64,000 nt of DNA from Camelus dromedarius (Eukaryota), in the NCBI RefSeq assembly GCF_036321535.1, contig NC_087437.1:55120001-55184000 (forward strand), in the 5' to 3' direction. The translations under genes were made by a program, and so were the position numbers. Of this stretch, positions 60,641 through 64,000 are shown piece by piece. Position 1 is the first letter of the stretch, and the number at the start of each line of letters is the position of its first letter. The notes below the pieces were generated by a model. It ran no database searches. It was not told where the DNA came from and saw only the letters and a program-made list of their open reading frames with translations.

Positions 60641-63149
60641 CTCGCAGGCTGCTGTCTCTGTGCATGTTAAACACCAGCGATTCTGTTTTCTATTCCTAAT
60701 ACTTACTCCCTGTCCTAGGGCATAAAATAGGATTCAATACAGTATTTTGGGTGCTGAATTGAAAATTTTGCACTCTATTATTCAGTTTTGGGTCCAGCTT
60801 TCAGCCTTGCATTTCACCTTTGATTGGACTGGACTGGCCATAGCCTTGGCAGGATTTGCCAGCCACAGACGTTTTCTGGGGAAGAGAAGTTTCGGGCCAT
60901 CAGGACTTCAGAGTCAAAGTCAGTAAAACACTTGGCAAGCCTGGTGTTTGGACTTGGGTGTTTTAATCCCGAAATCTTTGTAAATGAGGCTATCTCAGCA
61001 GCCAGGCTTGACAGCAGGGGAAACATCACATATGTCTCTCCTACACCCCCTCACCCTACTCCAGTCATTAGGGAGATTTTATCGTGTCGTGAAATGTTGT
61101 CGTCTGACCTCCACTCGCTTCTTGGTGGGCTTCCATTTCCTCATCTGCACATGGAGACGAATCATATGCCAAAGAGACGTCACACGCACACTCTGAGGCA
61201 CAAAGCCTGACCCCTACTACCTGCTCAGAAAAGGTAGGTGAATCAGACAACAGCCTCCCATTCTCTGGTAGGGTTTTAGTTGTTGGATAGCTTTGACGTA
61301 AAACTGTCTACCTCACAATGAGAGGGGAAAAAGAATCTATTTCTGGGTAACTTCCGCCTATGAGACCCCTGGGCAGGGGAGAAGTGTCGTCTCAGTTTCC
61401 TGGCCTCCCTACTCGTGAGGACAGACAGCTGAGGGCTGCTGTGGTCAGAGGACCGAGGAGCCAGACAAGCCTCTGTGGTTACGCACTTATTTATTTCCTT
61501 ATTTATTACTTTTGCAGCTAACATTTTTACAATCATGTTATTTTGTGGTTTGTTTGCAAAGCGCATCGTGAGCCAAGTTTGCTTCAAATGTTCTGAGTTG
61601 GAAGAGGGTTGCATCGGGGAGCCCAGTGAGAGGTGAGGGGAGGGCATGAAAGCAGTAACCAAAGCATTATACAATTGATGTGTCTGTTCACGATCCTTTC
61701 TTTGTGATCAGGCTAACCAAGGCAGATGGAGAAATGAAAACTGAGACAGGATTGTAGGCTCCAGGGTAGCAGTAGGAACAGACCCCCCGACCTCCGCAGT
61801 GAAAGGGGGCCGGCCTGGGGACCTGGGGAGACAGCCCATGGGGAAGCCCCACTCCTGCTTATGGACTCCCATGTGCCACACTGACACGTACAGAAAGACT
61901 CGGGGAGAAAGTAGAAGTTGGTTCTAGAGGAGTGATGAATAATGAATCAATTCATACATGTTATTATTAGGGAGTCTATTATCATCAGTTTTTGAAGATT
62001 TTAAGAAAAACAATAACCCAGTTTTCAGAAATTAGCTGAAACGGGGCTCCAGAGATGCTCTCTCTGAACGGCTTTTCTTTTCACCTCTGTATCCTTCCTT
62101 CCCTGCCCCCCAGGCAATGGCAGGTTCCTGAGAGGATGCCCTGTTGTTGCTGAAGCCCTTTTTGACTGTATTCAAGTCTGTTCTTGTATTATTCCATCTG
62201 GTTGCTCCCCAAACCACTTTCCTTTTTTACTCTCCTTGTAAATATTTACATAAGAAGGTTTTTTGAAGGATCCTATACTGGTGGAAGGGCGCAAAAAGAG
62301 TCTTGATGTGTTTTATTCCTTTTACGAACAATTTGGTTAAATGGATTTCCTCCCAGCTCATTAAAAAAAATCCTTTCATTTTAATAACACCATCAGACAG
62401 TAAATGGCATTAGAGGGAAAAATAAGTTTGCAATGTACAGCCTGGAGTGGCCATCGCTGTGTAGCTGTTAACGGTTGATACAGGAACTGGTGGCTGTAGT
62501 CATTGCCTGGAATGCCGCGTGCTTTTGAAGTCCTCCTCTCCCTAGGTGGACAAGGATCCGTGCTGCTTTCTGGGTTGGCTGGGTGGGCAAGAGATCAGAT
62601 GACCAAATCAGGAGATCAAGATGCAGTTCCCAAACTTCAGACACCAGCTCATCTTGCCACCCTCCCTAAAGCTTGGTCTTTGTTTGCTTTTTTTTTTTCT
62701 TTTTCTCTCTGCCTGCCCTCCGGGGCAAGTTTATCCTTGCCCACGGCTTTTAACAAATGCTTCCCTACAGTTAAAATCAAACCTCTCTCTTTAGCTTTGA
62801 CCTCACTTCTGAGCCCCAGTTCTGTACTTTTGGTGCTTCTAGACTTTACAGCAAGAACCATCGCTACCCCAACTCAACAGGACCAAAGGTAACCTCATCT
62901 CCATCTGGGCCCGGTCCTCCTCTGGCTCCTGTGAATACATCCTCCCATCTCCACCCAGACTAGCAGTGTTCCTCAGACACTTAGTTCCCAAATGGTCACC
63001 TTTGACTCCTCCCTCCTTCTTCCCCAGATCGGATCTTCCCGTTACCAAGTGCTGTTGATTTTCGCACCTCATGGAGACTTACCTGGGTTTATCTCTGTTC
63101 CTATCCTGGCTCTCAATTGCCCTAGGTTTCTTTATACTTTATAGATTTA

Positions 63150-63330
63150 TTTATCCATATGTTCATCCATTCAACACAGAAATTGATTGGATATATCCTC
63201 TGTGCTAGATTTCCTAAATGCAGGTGCTGGGGAGACTGAAGTGGACAAGACAAAAAAGAGTCAGCACTTGCTCTCATGGGGGAAGATACATGTTAAACAA
63301 TTTTAATCATAATCAGTATATTTAGTGTGA
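63150..63330 (-). mobile_element. L2 3' end
   Basis: TTCATCCATTCAACA..ATTGATTG...TGTGCTAG..AGGTGCTGGGGAGAC...GACAAGACA. Confidence 0.65.
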
Positions 63331-64000
63331 CCACAGGGGAAAAACAAGGGAGGTCGTAGGTCTCTCTGTCCTCTGAATCTTTCAAGATCCTGCAACACAC
63401 TGGTGCCATGTTTACGTATCAGGTTGTGTCATATTCCTTCTCAAAGGCCATCAGTGCTCTTTGCCATCGCTCACTCATTTCATACCATTCATTCAGTCAT
63501 CATTTATATATTCTCTCCCTCACACTGTGCTGTGTATTGCTCAAACTCTTGCTGCTGTGGTTCCTTCTTCCTGTGTTACTTTCTTTTCCCCTCGCTTCAC
63601 CCAGCCATTCTTCACTTGGTTCATTAAATATGCTTTCATGAATGCAGGTATCAACGCTTCCAGGAAGACCTCTCCACTCGCCGCGGAAGCATACCATGCT
63701 CCCGGCTTCTCCCCTTTTCCTCATCCTGCTCCTTGGGCAGCTGTTCGGTCTTCAGGAAAGCATGACAGCACTGGACGTTGATTAATTCGGCTGTGAGCAC
63801 TTGGTTCTGTGACACTAGCTTTGATCTAAATTTGGTATTTGTAGAATGTCTTCCTTGAGTTAAAACCCCTGCTATCTCTAACACACAGCCTTAGTCACTT
63901 TTGCCTGGGGTTAAGCCTGCCTCCTGTAAGCTGCCGTCCGCAGAAACTACTGTTAGCCTGGGCTCCTTGGTAAGTACTGGACTGTCCCAGATCCAAAACA

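Noticed and set aside
445..63884. All ORFs in the supplied track as protein-coding genes
   Set aside because: Short, overlapping in all frames, often starting at non-ATG codons, lying in repeats or low-complexity DNA, with no recognisable domain or exon chain
1..64000. CRISPR array, prokaryotic operon or defence system; naming the neighbouring gene
   Set aside because: The sequence is eutherian repeat-rich DNA with no repeat-spacer array, and I recognise no exon that would identify the locus

Overview
This is 64 kb of mammalian non-coding DNA, very probably camelid: it carries a tRNA-derived SINE matching my recollection of the Vic-1 family, plus cetartiodactyl-type L1 3' ends. I find no credible protein-coding gene, RNA gene or CRISPR array. 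The supplied ORFs are short, overlap repeats in all frames and resemble no family I recognise. The only protein-like signals are fossils: an L1 ORF2 endonuclease fragment (~31.6-31.8 kb) and a Tigger transposase HTH remnant (~48.8-49.3 kb). The window is dense in old MIR, L2, L3, L1M and MLT1 repeats, with a few young lineage-specific insertions, several nested in older ones. Between the repeats are an apparently orphan CpG island (~37.3-38.3 kb), a strong CTCF motif (43.4 kb) and several repeat-free AT-rich blocks crowded with homeodomain/POU/SOX/FOX motifs (best at 52.2-52.65 kb). The best reading is a cis-regulatory landscape (gene desert or very large intron) serving a gene outside the window. 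I cannot name the locus, and I do not see a novel biological system that the sequence supports. Repeat subfamily names come from remembered consensus sequences, and old-repeat boundaries are approximate.
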